Positions 12,851-25,800 of a stretch of DNA of 64,000 nt are shown here, piece by piece. A program made the position numbers and the translations under genes. The number at the start of each line of letters is the position of its first letter. Position 1 is the first letter of the stretch. A model generated the notes under the pieces. The model searched no databases, was not told where the DNA came from, and saw only the letters and a list, made by a program, of their open reading frames with translations. Origin of the DNA: Phallusia mammillata (taxonomy: Eukaryota); assembly GCA_965637545.1 (NCBI GenBank), contig OZ281495.1:24924001-24988000 (forward strand), in the 5' to 3' direction.

Positions 12851-13937
12851 ATATGAAGCGACACGCGACAAGCAAGCAAATATTGTTTTTTGCTTTAAGT
12901 GTTATTAATGATCAATCTTAAACATGTCAAAAAATTACATTATTTACAAACTTCATGTGGGCAAACCACCTGTACAACTACAGCATACAGATTGCCGAAA
13001 CGCAACAACATCATTCATGTCGCATCACGTGTGTCAAATAAAATTTGTCTCCTACGTGACAAATGAATGTCAGATGGCAGATTTTAAATACCGTAAGCAA
13101 TTTGTTTTCAATCACGTTTATGCAGGAACAATATAGCAGGATGTTGTTAGGTGGCGTGAAGTATGATTTAGAAACTAACTATTTAAAACAAATTAAGGTT
13201 CAAAACAGTCCTAAATTTCAACGAAAAACCTCCAACGAAACTTTGCATTGAAGTCATGTTATACATACTAACATGCTAGGAAAATTGTTGCGGGGATGAT
13301 TAGAATCATGTATTGGTCGATTGCATCGTATGCTCAACGTTTTTATATGTTTAGATGTACGATTTCTGTTTATATCAGTGGTTCCCTATGTTTTTTCTAT
13401 ACTGCCCCAAACAACTTGATGAAATGAAAACGACCACTTCTTCACCTGACTTATCACAACAAAATTAGTTTATGTCTTCAATTTTTATTGTAATGTTCCA
13501 TTGTAACTGTCCTACTATTCTCAGCACCCCTCAATCTTTCAGTGATCCAACCACCATTCAGTGATCCCATCACCATCATATATATGGTGACACTTGTGGT
13601 ACCTGTTTTTTCACATTGTTTAAACAAAAGGTATACAAAAAGTCTTACACATATAGCCATACTAAGCTGGTAATACTCTTGCCATTCCCACAAAATCTGT
13701 TTGAAAATTAGAATATTTATCAAAATAGTAACGTTTACTTAATATACATGTCCATGGCCGCACATTCTCGTCTCTGCAGCCACAGGTTGTAATTACAACA
13801 ACCACTTTGATATAAAGTGGATCAAAGTCTTTAAATATCTTCTTTTCAGCAGGTCATGTTGAGTGGTTTGTAATACTAAACTGATCCTACTGGGTATGGA
13901 AATTAATATGCATTGCTCATACATGTAATTTCGCACC

Positions 13938-16900
13938 ATGCATAGAATATGCAGAAACATTTTACCGACAGCATCAAGAATTGGACACAATTCATTTCTT
14001 GGGACAAACACCCTCAGTCACAAACCAGCAACAGTTTTTGCTGTGAAACAATGTATATCGCTGTCAGGGCCAACAACTGGATATAAAAAGCAAGCAAAAA
14101 GTTTGCACCACAGTGATGTGAAAGTGTTGCAAAGCAACCCTTTTTTGGATCAAATCAACACTTCAACACTCCACAAGATACCTCAAGACACTTTGCTAAA
14201 ATTTGAACTTACAAAACTTCCAGGGGTGTATGCATCACTGTCAAAATGGTATCTTACACGTACGTATTTTATTCGCTCTTGCCTAGTCTGATTACTACTA
14301 ATTTGGACAGGTTTGGGATCAAATTGTTCTAGCAACATCCATGCCTATTTATAAGTCCATTGAAAGAGATTAAATTGAATTTTTGTAGTATTAAAGTTGG
14401 TGACTTCAATTTGCTTTAACCCATTATGTTCCACGGGGTGGCAACAATGCTGCTTATATTTCTTTTTTTAAGGAAATATAAGTGATTTAAGGAAATATAA
14501 GACAGGATTAGAACCCATAACCACTCAAAAAACAATGAATTGGGTGACTGTTATAAATAATCGTCGGTTGGAAATGAATAATCCAACATATTATTGCTAA
14601 ATATCAAACTATCTTTTGTTGAAATTTTTGTCGATCAATGTGTCTAAAAAATTTCAGTGTTTGTTGTGATGACTGCTGATGCTGGTTACTGTTTGGCCCC
14701 AGTGCAATTCCATCACTTCACATTTTTCTTGGCTACGATAGGAACTGGTCTATGTTCATGTTGTGCCAATTCCCTAAATCAGGTCAGCAGATTGTTAATA
14801 ACATATAATATTGGACCCCTTTATTTGTGATGAACATTATTTATAATGCCTTCTACAGATTGCAGAAGTTCCTTATGATGCACAGATGGATAGAACTAGA
14901 AACCGACCATTGGTGCGTGGAGTAATTACTCCCTTACATGCCCTTGGATTTTCAGTGTTTTCAGGAGTATCAGGCGTTGCCTGTCTTTACTATGGTTTGT
15001 GTACAATGTAACAATATTAAAAAGATTGGACTATTTACCACATAATTATTTGTTGAACAGGCACAAATTTATTGACTGCATTGCTTGGCTTATCAAACAT
15101 TTTTCTGTATGCGGCTGTCTACACTCCGCTGAAGAGACGGCATTGGTTCAACACCTGGGCAGGAGCAGTTGTTGGAGCCATTCCACCACTTATGGGATGG
15201 ACTGCTGCAACTGGACGCATTGACACAGGTGTTTGTTTTTCTTTAGTGCAGATATCAATTCAATAACATTTTTAAAACAAACAAATAAAGTTGGTATCCA
15301 GCCTAATTGTTTCTAGGTCTTTGGTTGTTTTTGAACTGTGTGTACATTGTCCTGCTATGACCAAAGTGGGCTAATAAACAGAACAAACATTTTGAGTTTA
15401 AGCTTTTTACAGATAAGATTGAATTAGCAGGCAAAAACCTTTGCTGTCATATTTCTAGCATAAATAAAATTCTGTTTTGACACAACCCACTACCACTATG
15501 TGTTGGGACCTATGCTTACATATTTTTATACATGTATTTGGAAACAGCTATGCCTTTAACCTAAAACAAAGGGACATGTATAATATAGGTCATATAATTG
15601 GGAAACTAAACCATGTTGCAAAACTTTCTGAAGTTTTTAATACATTTATGTATGAATTGTAAATTACAATTTCTATATGATTCTGTTTTTAGGGGCATTC
15701 ATTTTTGCCGGAATACTGTATGCATGGCAGTTTCCACATTTTTATGCACTTGCATGGAGGAGAAGAGGAGATTATGCTCGTGGATCATACCACATGTTGC
15801 CTTTGTCTCACCCTGGTGCTACCAGATATGTTGTACTATCTCATTCTTTGGCTTTATGGGGCCTGTGTGTTGCTTCTCCATTTACTGGTGTAACATCCCT
15901 GCTATTTATCCCTATGTCAGCACCAATGAATGCTTGGCTAACATACTCATCTCTGAAGTTTTTCAGGTAATTATTATATTTCACCATACAGAAGTACACA
16001 GCAACATGTTAATGTGTATGTTATTATGGGTCCCCTTCCCTGAAGGGGACACATATTGTTTTTGTCCGTATTTTTTTTTTCTTTTTTCTGTCTAACGCTG
16101 GCTTGTTAGACGCGTTTGGTTAAGAAAGAGTGCTTCAAATTTATTCAAATTTGCACAGATGTTAGTTATTAATCTAAATTTAATCCTCCTGAAGTTTGAC
16201 CCCGATTGACCCAGCGGTTCACCCACAGGCCCCCAAAATGCAAAATTTTTAAAACATGGTTTGTTATATGCGTTTGGTCAAGAAAGAGTGCTTCAAATTT
16301 GTTTAAATTTTGTCAGATGTTAGTTATTAACCAAAATTTGATCCTCTTGAAGTTTGACCCTGAATGACCCAAGGGTTCACCCACAGGCCCCCGAAACGTA
16401 AAATTTTTAACGCTGGTTTGGTAAAGAAAGAGTGCTTCAGATTTATTCAAATTTGGACATATGTTAGTTATTAATCCAAACTTGATCCTCCAGAAGTTTG
16501 ACCCCGAATTACCCAGTGGTTCACCCACAGGCCCCCGAAACGTAAATGTGTCTAACGCTCGTTTGGTCAAGAAAGACACTGTAGGCAGAAGTCCCAAGAG
16601 AGTAACTCACTGGTTTACGATAGCAGGAGGGCTCAGCTTGACGTCGGACAGACGTTTTACGAGACATCGTTTTGGTGATCAGAAATCAGCTGTTTTGCAC
16701 AGCAATGCTATTTCGTTTTATTAAGTTATCACTCACATTTTCAGTTTTGGCAAAGGTTTCACACCTATGACGTGATTTAAACCTAATAAGCGTGCTTCGG
16801 TTTCGTATATGTCAAGCAAAACTTGTTAATCAAAACAAAGTTGAAAAAATAAACTTGACATTTTTGCAAGATAAATGTTTTTTTTAAATGCTCGTTGTCA

Positions 16901-17797
16901 GGTCGGCCGCCGCATGACCACGGGTTACTTAAGGTCAACTAGTAGGTATTACTAACACAGTTCAGAACTTTCTTTCATCATAACGTAGCGTTTTTTTGGC
17001 AATAAATTTAGGAATCAACACTCAAGGCATGTATAAATTAGGTTAAACGGTGTTGTTGAACAGTAAGGACGGCGTATTGAAAACGGTGTCAATAGGTCAA
17101 ACAGTCGTTGCACCCTGAGAGGTTACTACAGGTCAATGGTTTTGCGAAACAAAGTTAAATGAAAAACAATTTCTTATGTGTACACTTGTAGCAAATTGCT
17201 TTTTAATTTAAAGTGTCTGTAACACAACTGTTACAGCTTTCTAGAAAAAAATGTGTTTAAAACCCGACCTTAGACGACAATATCTGGGTCAAAGCAAGAG
17301 ATTAAATTAAAGTATTTGTTTCGTTCTTTTTTAATGTTTTTGTAATTAAATGACAATAATAGTGCAAAAAGAATACGAACAAAAAATGTTTATTGTTGGG
17401 TTAATGCTTTCTAAAAATTTGTCCTTAAAAATCTAAAAGTCACCGCAACATTTGTTTACTGTAAATCCGCACAAACACGCGTGTGGGGACCCATTAGTTT
17501 TTGTTTACAAAAACAATCATATGTGTAGATCAAATGATGTGTATAGTAAATTGGTAAATATCGTATAGAATATATAAAATGGAAGTATATCAGAAAGCCA
17601 CCCTTCTAGTTTTAACACTGCATTTGTAATGTCTTTGTAGGCAGAAAAACAGCAAAAGTGCACAAACACTGTACAGGACAAGTCTGTATTACATCTTGCT
17701 GCTTTCAATTGCAATATGTGTGGACCGAAAGCTTTTACAAATTGATGAAGTCAAAATACCACCAAATGATTGTCAACTGGCAATGTCCAATATGTGA
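13938..17797 (+). CDS. COX10: Protoheme IX farnesyltransferase (heme O synthase), mitochondrial
   Basis: [15 protein letters not shown]; [27 protein letters not shown]; [32 protein letters not shown]; [13 protein letters not shown]. Last exon 17641-17797 ([22 protein letters not shown]...NM*) joins in phase. Confidence 0.93.
16094..16580. repeat. Tandem repeat, ~144-158-bp unit, about 3.2 copies, in the last COX10 intron
   Basis: AAGAAAGA(GTGCTTC) recurs at 16122, 16280, 16424 and 16569; GGTTCACCCACAGGCCCC is present in each full unit. Confidence 0.85.
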
Positions 17798-17965
17798 CAT
17801 AATAAAGTTCATTTTTGTAGTACAAAAACATGTGTGCTTTTTCTTATATCATGACAAAAGAAAGTTATGATGAAGCACAGTGAAGTAAATCAGAACAGAC
17901 AAATGTTTCCATTATATTTGTCATTTCCAGCAATTGATGAGGAAAAAAATGTAAAATCTGCGAGG

Positions 17966-18295
17966 TCACTTGTTTTTAAATTTTAAACTAACTTCCAATC
18001 GTAAAAACCCTTTGAGACAGTCATCCTCCACTTCCTTTTCAATAACTTCCAAAACTTTGGCTTTCACATCGCTAGAATTCTCATAATACTTAAGCAGTTC
18101 TTCAGCATGTTGTATCCACACACAGTTGGCACATCCTGAACCACAGCAAAGAGTGTCCAGTGGTTTGGGTGGAGGACCAACAGGGCTACCATTTGGCACT
18201 TTGGTTGATGCAAGCAAGTAAGGTATTCTGCATTTAGCAAGAATCTCTGTTCGCAGCAATGCAGAACAGGGCAGCAGGTACTTGAAGGAAAACAT
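17966..18295 (-). CDS. OXLD1: Oxidoreductase-like domain-containing protein 1 (intronless)
   Basis: PPPKP...CCGSGCANCVWIQHAEEL is the Oxidored-like motif; basic, hydroxylated N-terminus resembles a mitochondrial presequence. Confidence 0.88.
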   Translation of the reverse strand: MFSFKYLLPCSALLRTEILAKCRIPYLLASTKVPNGSPVGPPPKPLDTLCCGSGCANCVWIQHAEELLKYYENSSDVKAKVLEVIEKEVEDDCLKGFLRLEVSLKFKNK

Positions 18296-18298
18296 TGG

Positions 18299-19057
18299 CT
18301 AGCTTGTTACAGTCAAATATGTTGAAAGCAATTCTTCTTGTTTTAAAATGTCTCGAGTTGCAATCAGAACAACTGTTCTTGATGAGGTGTGGCATTCAAG
18401 TCCGTTAACACTGATGTTTGGTATAAACTCTCTGAGGTGAATGGGAAAATCTCTTGGAAAATCAAACTCCTGGTAATGAACGTTTGCTTTATATTCTTGG
18501 TTCTGGTTGTTGACATATTGGCCAACATTAAGTGGACACTTAAGTTTGTTTGTAAGCCATGTTATATCACAAAGTTCATATGGTCCTACTCTGTCTCTTC
18601 CAGCACAAGACTTGTATGTATACTTTGACAATCCACTGTCTTTTCCATCAATGTATATGTGGTCCTTACATCTAAACACAAATGAATTCCTGATGGATTG
18701 AAAAAATATGGCATTAGATGGGGTGTAAACAGTTCCAGGATATATTGCTGCTATGTTTCCCTTTGTTATGCACCCTGATGAAACAAACACACCTAAACCG
18801 GCATCAACAATGTTACTCCTTTGGCGAGATAACTTAAACCCCATTGATGACTCCATTACTTGTTCAATATCAGCGTTACCACATTTTTTAGCATTATGCA
18901 ATGCACAAAATAGGGATTCAAGTTGTTTTAATACAGATTGATCATCAACAGAGTTAGTTATGAGTGATACATTTCCAGTGTTTTGTTTGTATTTTGCAAG
19001 TATCCATGGCAGCAGACGTTTTTTGTATGAATTCCATGATTTAGCAAAATTCACCAT
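18299..19057 (-). CDS. SETD9: SET domain-containing protein 9 (intronless)
   Basis: GFKLSRQRSNIVDAGLGVFV...IYPGTVY...IFFQSIRNSFVFRCKDHIYIDG...PLNVGQYVNN...VVLIATRDI...EELLSTY. Confidence 0.88.
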   Translation of the reverse strand: MVNFAKSWNSYKKRLLPWILAKYKQNTGNVSLITNSVDDQSVLKQLESLFCALHNAKKCGNADIEQVMESSMGFKLSRQRSNIVDAGLGVFVSSGCITKGNIAAIYPGTVYTPSNAIFFQSIRNSFVFRCKDHIYIDGKDSGLSKYTYKSCAGRDRVGPYELCDITWLTNKLKCPLNVGQYVNNQNQEYKANVHYQEFDFPRDFPIHLREFIPNISVNGLECHTSSRTVVLIATRDILKQEELLSTYLTVTS

Positions 19058-19872
19058 GGTTTTTAATCACTAAGCATTTTATCCCTAAACAACAAGTTTT
19101 GAAATAAACAGCAATATCGTCCTATTTATTTGGTGACCTATACGCAGAAACCACAAACCTTACGGGTAAAATATATAAACAAAGTAATAGGGCACACAAA
19201 AACAAAACATGATTAACCACAGTACAATCCTATTGATGGAACGAAAACATGTAATATTCGTTTGTACTCCCATTGTTCAATTACTTGTAAAACAAAATTG
19301 CAAGAAATGTCACAGCTCGCCTCTCACAAACATACCCCTAATTTTGTTGCCAAGTATAAAAGATGACACAAGCTTCGGCAAAGTAAATGACCCAAATGCG
19401 CAATCATAGTGACGCAATACTACACACCTTCGCGCAATCACATTATCACACACCCCCATTGGCTGAGTGATCTCGATTTGGCAAATTGAAGAAAAATATT
19501 TAAAAAAATTGTTAACCCAGCACTAGCAAGAAAATTATTCTGTTTAAAAAAATTAAAATTATTCTCTGTATCTGCGGCGCAATAACCAACGATGCGTGCA
19601 AACTGCGGCAATACAGCTTTATTGCAGACTTGCAGCGGATTGTGTTTTGTTTACATGCACTTCGAGTTCGACGTTTTGAGGTAAGTTTGTTTTACTGTGT
19701 CCTTTGTGCACGTAGCCCCAAACCTGACTAGGTAAAGCTGTTCAAATGTTTGCTTGATGCAATTTCGTAACCTTAGACAATATTGCCGATATTGCTGAAC
19801 AGCTTGTAGTCGGTGCTTTTTATTTAGAAGGGACCTGAGAGGTAATTAATCACGTAGTTAACTTTTTGCAAA

Positions 19873-22800
19873 ATGGCGAAACGGAAAAGACAAGCCAATA
19901 AAACGAGCGAGAAATCCAAAAAGCAGAAGGTTCCAACAAAAAATGAAGAATACGCATATTTAAAAGAGAAGCAGGATCCAATGCCCGAAGTTTACACCAA
20001 GAAACCACCTCAGCCAACTGAGAAAAAGATTGGCCAACTCACCGAAAGTCAAGTTAACCAGTTTTTTGACAAAGTATGTAATTTGTAGTACTCTAAATTA
20101 AATGTGCCAACATATTTGAACAAAACCATCCTGCATAATTTTAGGGTTTCGTTTTAGTGAAAGATTTTTTTGCCCCCCATCGACTTGATGTTGTACGTGA
20201 AGCTGTGAACAAGCTAGTGGATACTGTTGCAAATAAACTGTACAAGGCTGGAAAAATTCAAAGTAAACAGTTTTTTTTAATGAAGTATGTTAGTTATTTG
20301 TTCTGGTAAAATGTAATGTTTTGAAGACAAGCACGAAGACAAAGGTTTCAATGATCGGTTAACACACCTGGAAAAGGAATTTAAAGGCACAGCAGTTATT
20401 CTTCATAAAATGGGTATTCTGCCCAAAGAATTTCAAGATCTTTGGTCTGATGAAAAACTTCTGAATGTTGCTGAACAATTAGTTGGACCCGAACTAGCTG
20501 GTCACCCTGTATGGAATTTAAGAACCAAGGTATGTTGAATTTTGTACTTCAAAAGTGCTCATTCTAAAACAGAAACTATTGAGTGAGCATACATTTCGCT
20601 TTTTCAGACACCTCACAATGAACAAACTACAGTTCCATGGCATCAAGGTGTGTTGGGTTGGATAGACAATGTTAAAAAGTAATTCATTTCAATGGGTACT
20701 TTCTCTGATTTTCTTTGTGTTAAAATAACAATCTATTCAAACCTTTAGCTGTGTCTTGCTGTGTGCAGATAATGCCTACTTGGAGCCCTGTAGTTTAGAA
20801 GTGATGCAGCTGACAGCATGGATTCCACTTGTTGATGCTAATATGGTTAATGGATGCATGCAGGTTGGGTTTTGCTTTAAAACAGCCCAGTTAAAAGCTA
20901 ATCTGAATACAATGTGTTATTGCTCAGGTTGCATCAGGTGGTCATAAGAAAGGATTCACTGCCAAACATACATGCTGTGCAGGAGGAACTTGGTATGTGC
21001 AGTTAAGTGAAGAAGCCATGGTGGATGAGTTGGGTGTGGATTTGAAAAAAGATATTGTCACATGTGAAGTTCCCTATGGAGGTGTTTTGTTTTTGAATAA
21101 TGCTGTTCCTCATCAAAGGTAATAAACTTAGTTAATGTTGTTTGTTACATCTCCACGTTCAGTTACGCATGATTAACTTGTCTCATTATTCCACTGCTAT
21201 GACGTTACAATCGCCATGTGCGTAACAGTAAAATTAGAAGGCCTTTGTCTGTATGTTGCAATGATTAGTTCATTTTACTGTACAACGTGGTCGAGTAAGG
21301 TGATTTATTACTGCATTAAGTAAATTCGTTTGTGTTGCATTTTTAGAGACGAATAAGGCTAAATTAAATATTGTGACGACTGACTAATTAATCTTCAAGT
21401 GAAGGCTGTTTACCGTGATTGTCGGTGAGTGTTTAATTCGATTTGTGACCTAAATTAATTCATGGCTTTATGTGTGACTTATGGCATGCTGTATTTTCCT
21501 ATAGTGATTGCAGCGATTGTTTCATCGTCTTGCAACTGTTGATACGTGTACTGTACCTGTTGACCTGTGTCGCAAAATAGTTGGTAAGTTAGTCATTGGC
21601 ATTTTTGTGCGTTGACATATGTCAATGTGTTTCGTTTTCTTGTTTAGAAAACCGTTCCCGTACCCGTTCCCGTTTCGTTCTCAACCCTGTTTCTGTCCGT
21701 TCCTGATTGTGTACGACGTTGTGGTTGTTGCCGCTGTTGTCGCTGTGGATTATTACACGTGATTCGGGAAGTGTGATTTGTGTGGGAAAGGGCGGGGCGT
21801 GTTTCAACGTGACAAACCCCTTTGTGAGGCTCAGCCTTGCAGGTCGGCCGTTCAGAGTCTACATAAAGAAGTTTTCAACTGTTGCTCGTTGAAAAGGAAG
21901 TTTCAACTGTCGCTGATTGAGAGAAGCTTTCTACTCTTCCTTATTGGAAAGAAGCTGTTGCTTGGTTAAAAAATGAATTCCGACACGATTGAAGAAGATA
22001 AGGGTGAACAGCTCATCAAATTGCAACGTTTATTGCAAGAATCCTACACCCAAACGGAACGTTTAATGGTCAGTCCCAATAACTTAGTTTCTGTACATTC
22101 ATCGGTGCGAATTATAAATGAAAGGTACCGACTTCTTGTGGAGCATATTACTTCAAATTCACCTGAAAATGAAGACCTTGTCAAGGATTTGTTAAAGCGA
22201 TACGCTGAGGAGAAGACGGAGTTTGATAGCAGGGTTGCTGAATGGATCGAAAAGGCCCAGCCTGCTACGTCCCCACCGCCACAAGTTGGTTCAAAAAAGT
22301 CGGTTAAAAGTTGCACTTCTAGTTGCCCTACTTCAGCAAGTACGAGTTCCAGTGTTCGTAGAACTGAAGCACGAATTAAGCTTGAGATGGCTCGCGCAAA
22401 ACTTCGTCAGGCCAAGGAAAGACAGGACGAGGAGAACGAGCGACGAAAGAAGCTGCTTGATGACGAACGCAAGTTGCGTGATGAAGAACGGAAGTTGCGT
22501 GAGTCAGAGCGCCGATTGACAGCCGACGCAGAAATTCGCGAGGTACAACGTCAAGCCGAACTAGCCGAAATCGAAGCTCGCGGATGGGAAGGTAAATTCG
22601 AAGCGGAATTCGTTTATCCGCCAACCGTAGAGAGGCCTTTTGTGCAAACGGTCACCGAATGTCTAAAACCTGTACCGCGTTGTGATAGGCAGGAGCTGCC
22701 TAAAGTAAGTCATCAGCCTCCTATCTATGCTACTCCGCAATACGATTGTCAAAATAGGAATAATCCCACAGTAGCGCAGGAACCTCGTTACAGCTCAGAT

Positions 22801-25800
22801 GAGCGTTTTCTACCGCGTCCGAAGATAATGTCATTTAACGGCGATCCAATGGAATACTGGACGTTCATTCGCAACTTTGAAGCGCACGTTGCCACTAAAG
22901 TTCACTCTGACGATTTGCGGTTGGTTTATCTGCTGCAACATTGTGATGACAAAGTGCGACCTAAAATTGATCACTTGACGAAAAGGCCAGTCGAGGGTTA
23001 CCGACAGGCACGTCAAAAGCTATTTCATGAGTACGGACAGCCGCACATTATCGCAAATGCCAGTGAGCAGCATTTGAAGAAGAGTCCTCGCTTGAAAGGA
23101 GATCAACCGGAACGACTAATGCAGTTTGCAGATCTGCTGGAAAAATGTCTCACTACACTGGAGGATATCGATGAATATGCCGGTCTTAACTCACTTGACA
23201 CCATGCTGCAGCTCATTGACAAGTTGCCCTATCGCTTGCAGGAAAAATGGATAGAGCGATCAGTCGAAGTTCTGCATCGCACTAATCGTGAAGCCGGGTT
23301 TAGCCACTTTGTTCAGTTTGTTTCGGAACGTGCAGAGGTGGAAAATTCCCTCTACGGAAGTAGGATTATGGGATATAGGCGCGACAAGGATCCTGGTCCA
23401 CCGATGAGAAAGCCAAGAGCGTCTGCGTACGTTGTGAACCCAGTTGAAGTTCGACAGCGTCCGACAGAGAGGCCGACTACTTCCGCTACGTGTCTGTTCT
23501 GTGGTAAGGCTCACGATTTGCCTAAGTGCTTTGAGTTTAAACGTAAAACGTACTCCGAACGTGTGGAATTCGTCAGTCGTAAGAGATTGTGCTTCAGATG
23601 CCTTACTCCAGGTCACCGTGTTAGACGATGCAAGGCGAGAACTGCCTGCGAAGAAAACGACTGTTCGAGTCACTACCACCACACATTGCTGCATAGGCCT
23701 GCTCCAGCCGCAAAGCCAGAGTCACAAGCGACACCAGCTGAGCCGCAAAAGGTCGCTTCATGTTCAGTGGCAACGCCGGGCGAATGTGGTTACGAAGACG
23801 TGTATCAATGCGTCGTACCGGTCGAGGTAAAATACGAAGGCCGGAAGGTTTTAACTTACGCATTTTTGGATATCGGCTCTACCGGAACCTTCTGTAACCA
23901 AAGGTTGATTAAAGCCCTGGGCATGAAAAGTGAAACTAAGGAGATTGTTTTGCAAACACTGACAGATGAAGCCAAAGAGCATACGGCTGTTTCGGTGAGT
24001 TTCTCTGTTTCTCCAGTAGGTGGCGGAGATGATATATTTCTCCCTAAAGTAATAACCGTTGGTGAAATCCCCGTTCGTCCTAATCCGATTCTTAGCAAAG
24101 AAGCATTAAGGGGTGCCCCACATTTACGTGACTTGGATTTTCCCTTAATAGAGAAAGGAACTGTAACATTGCTGATTGGTCTGGATAATCCAGACGCCTT
24201 GTTCATTGAGGAGATGCGTCGTGGTCCAAAAGGGAAACCGTTTGCTGTCAAGACACCTTTTGGATGGACATTATTTGGCCCTTCACTCCTTCCGTGTGCA
24301 TCATCGAGGTATCAGGTAAACTTCGTGAAGTCTAGAGACAGCTCTTTACAGAAGCAAATCTCTAGTCTGTGGGAGACAGATTTTGGGAACGAAACTGCTG
24401 TTCTAGATTTCCCCACGTCGCGCGAAGACAGAAAGACGTATGGTATCATGCAAAAGAACGTGAAAATGGTGGAAGGTCACTATGAGCTGCCGTTGCCGTG
24501 GAGAGAAAGCTCAGCTTGTTTGCCAGATAACAAGCCAATGGCCGAAAGACGGCTGACGTACTTGAAGCGACGCCTGGAGAAGGATCACTCACTGAAGGGA
24601 AAGTACGTGAGCACAATACAGTCCTACCTCGAGAAAGGGTACGCAAGAGAGATACCTCGAGAAGAAATCGAATCGGTTGATGGTGTTTGCTGGTATTTAC
24701 CACACCATCCTGTACTTCATCCCCGTAAGCCAGACAAGGTTCGTGTAGTTTTTGATTGCGCTGCAAAGCACAAGGGCGTTTCCCTCAATGATGTGCTGAT
24801 GCAGGGCCCGGATCTCGTAAACAGTTTGGTGGGTGTTTTGACTCGATTTCGCAAAGAGCGGTACGCTTTGGTGGCCGATATAGAATCGATGTTCCACCAG
24901 ATTCGTGTTACCCCTAAGGACAGGGACGCCTTGCGATTTCTGTGGTGGCCAGGAGGGGATTTGACAAATCAACCAACAGCGCATCAAATGACTGTGCACC
25001 TGTTCGGGGCGACTTCATCCCCTAGTTGCGCGAGTTTTTGCTTGAAGCAAACAGCCTTGGATTTTGGTCAAGATTTCAATGCACAAGCGTCTTCGGTCGT
25101 CAGAAGAAATTTTTACGTGGACGACTGCCTGACTTCGGTTGCATCTACAGTGGAGGGAATTCAAATGACCAAAGAGATTTCAGATTTGTTGTCACGCGGA
25201 GGATTCCACTTGACAAAATGGCTCAGTAATAACCAGAAGATTCTGTCAAAAATTCCTGAAGAAGAGAGGTCAAAGGCAGTGCGAAACAAAAGCTTGAGTG
25301 ATGACGTCACAGAGAGAGTGCTTGGTGTCCACTGGAACGTGCACGAAGATACGTTTGGATTTAAGGTCAACCTTCCTGAAACGGCGAAGACTCGAAGAGG
25401 ACTTCTTTCTGCATTGAGTTCACTGCACGACCCTCTTGGATTCGTTGCACCGTGCACGCTTGGAGCCAAATTATTACTCCAAGGTTTGTGCAAGCGTGGA
25501 GTTGGCTGGGACGACTGCATTTTGGAATCGGAAGCAACACAATGGAGCGAATGGCTTGGGCGTTTACCGAAGCTTCATGACCTGTGTCTTCCTCGTTGTT
25601 TTAAGCCCGATGATTTCGGCGATGTGCAAAGTTGGGAGTTACACCACTTTGCAGATGCTTCCTCCGTGGCCTACGGAGCTGTGTGTTATCTGAGGATAGT
25701 CGACGTCGGTTCGCGTGTTCACTGCGTGTTTCTTGTTGGCAAGTGTCGACTAGCGCCGCTGAAAACAGTGTCAATTCCAAGACTGGAACTGACGGCGGCA

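Noticed and set aside
21622-21807. Identical 61-aa minus-strand ORFs in both LTRs (also 28280-28465)
   Set aside because: A by-product of LTR identity, starting at a non-ATG codon, with no recognisable domain. No env-like ORF was seen.
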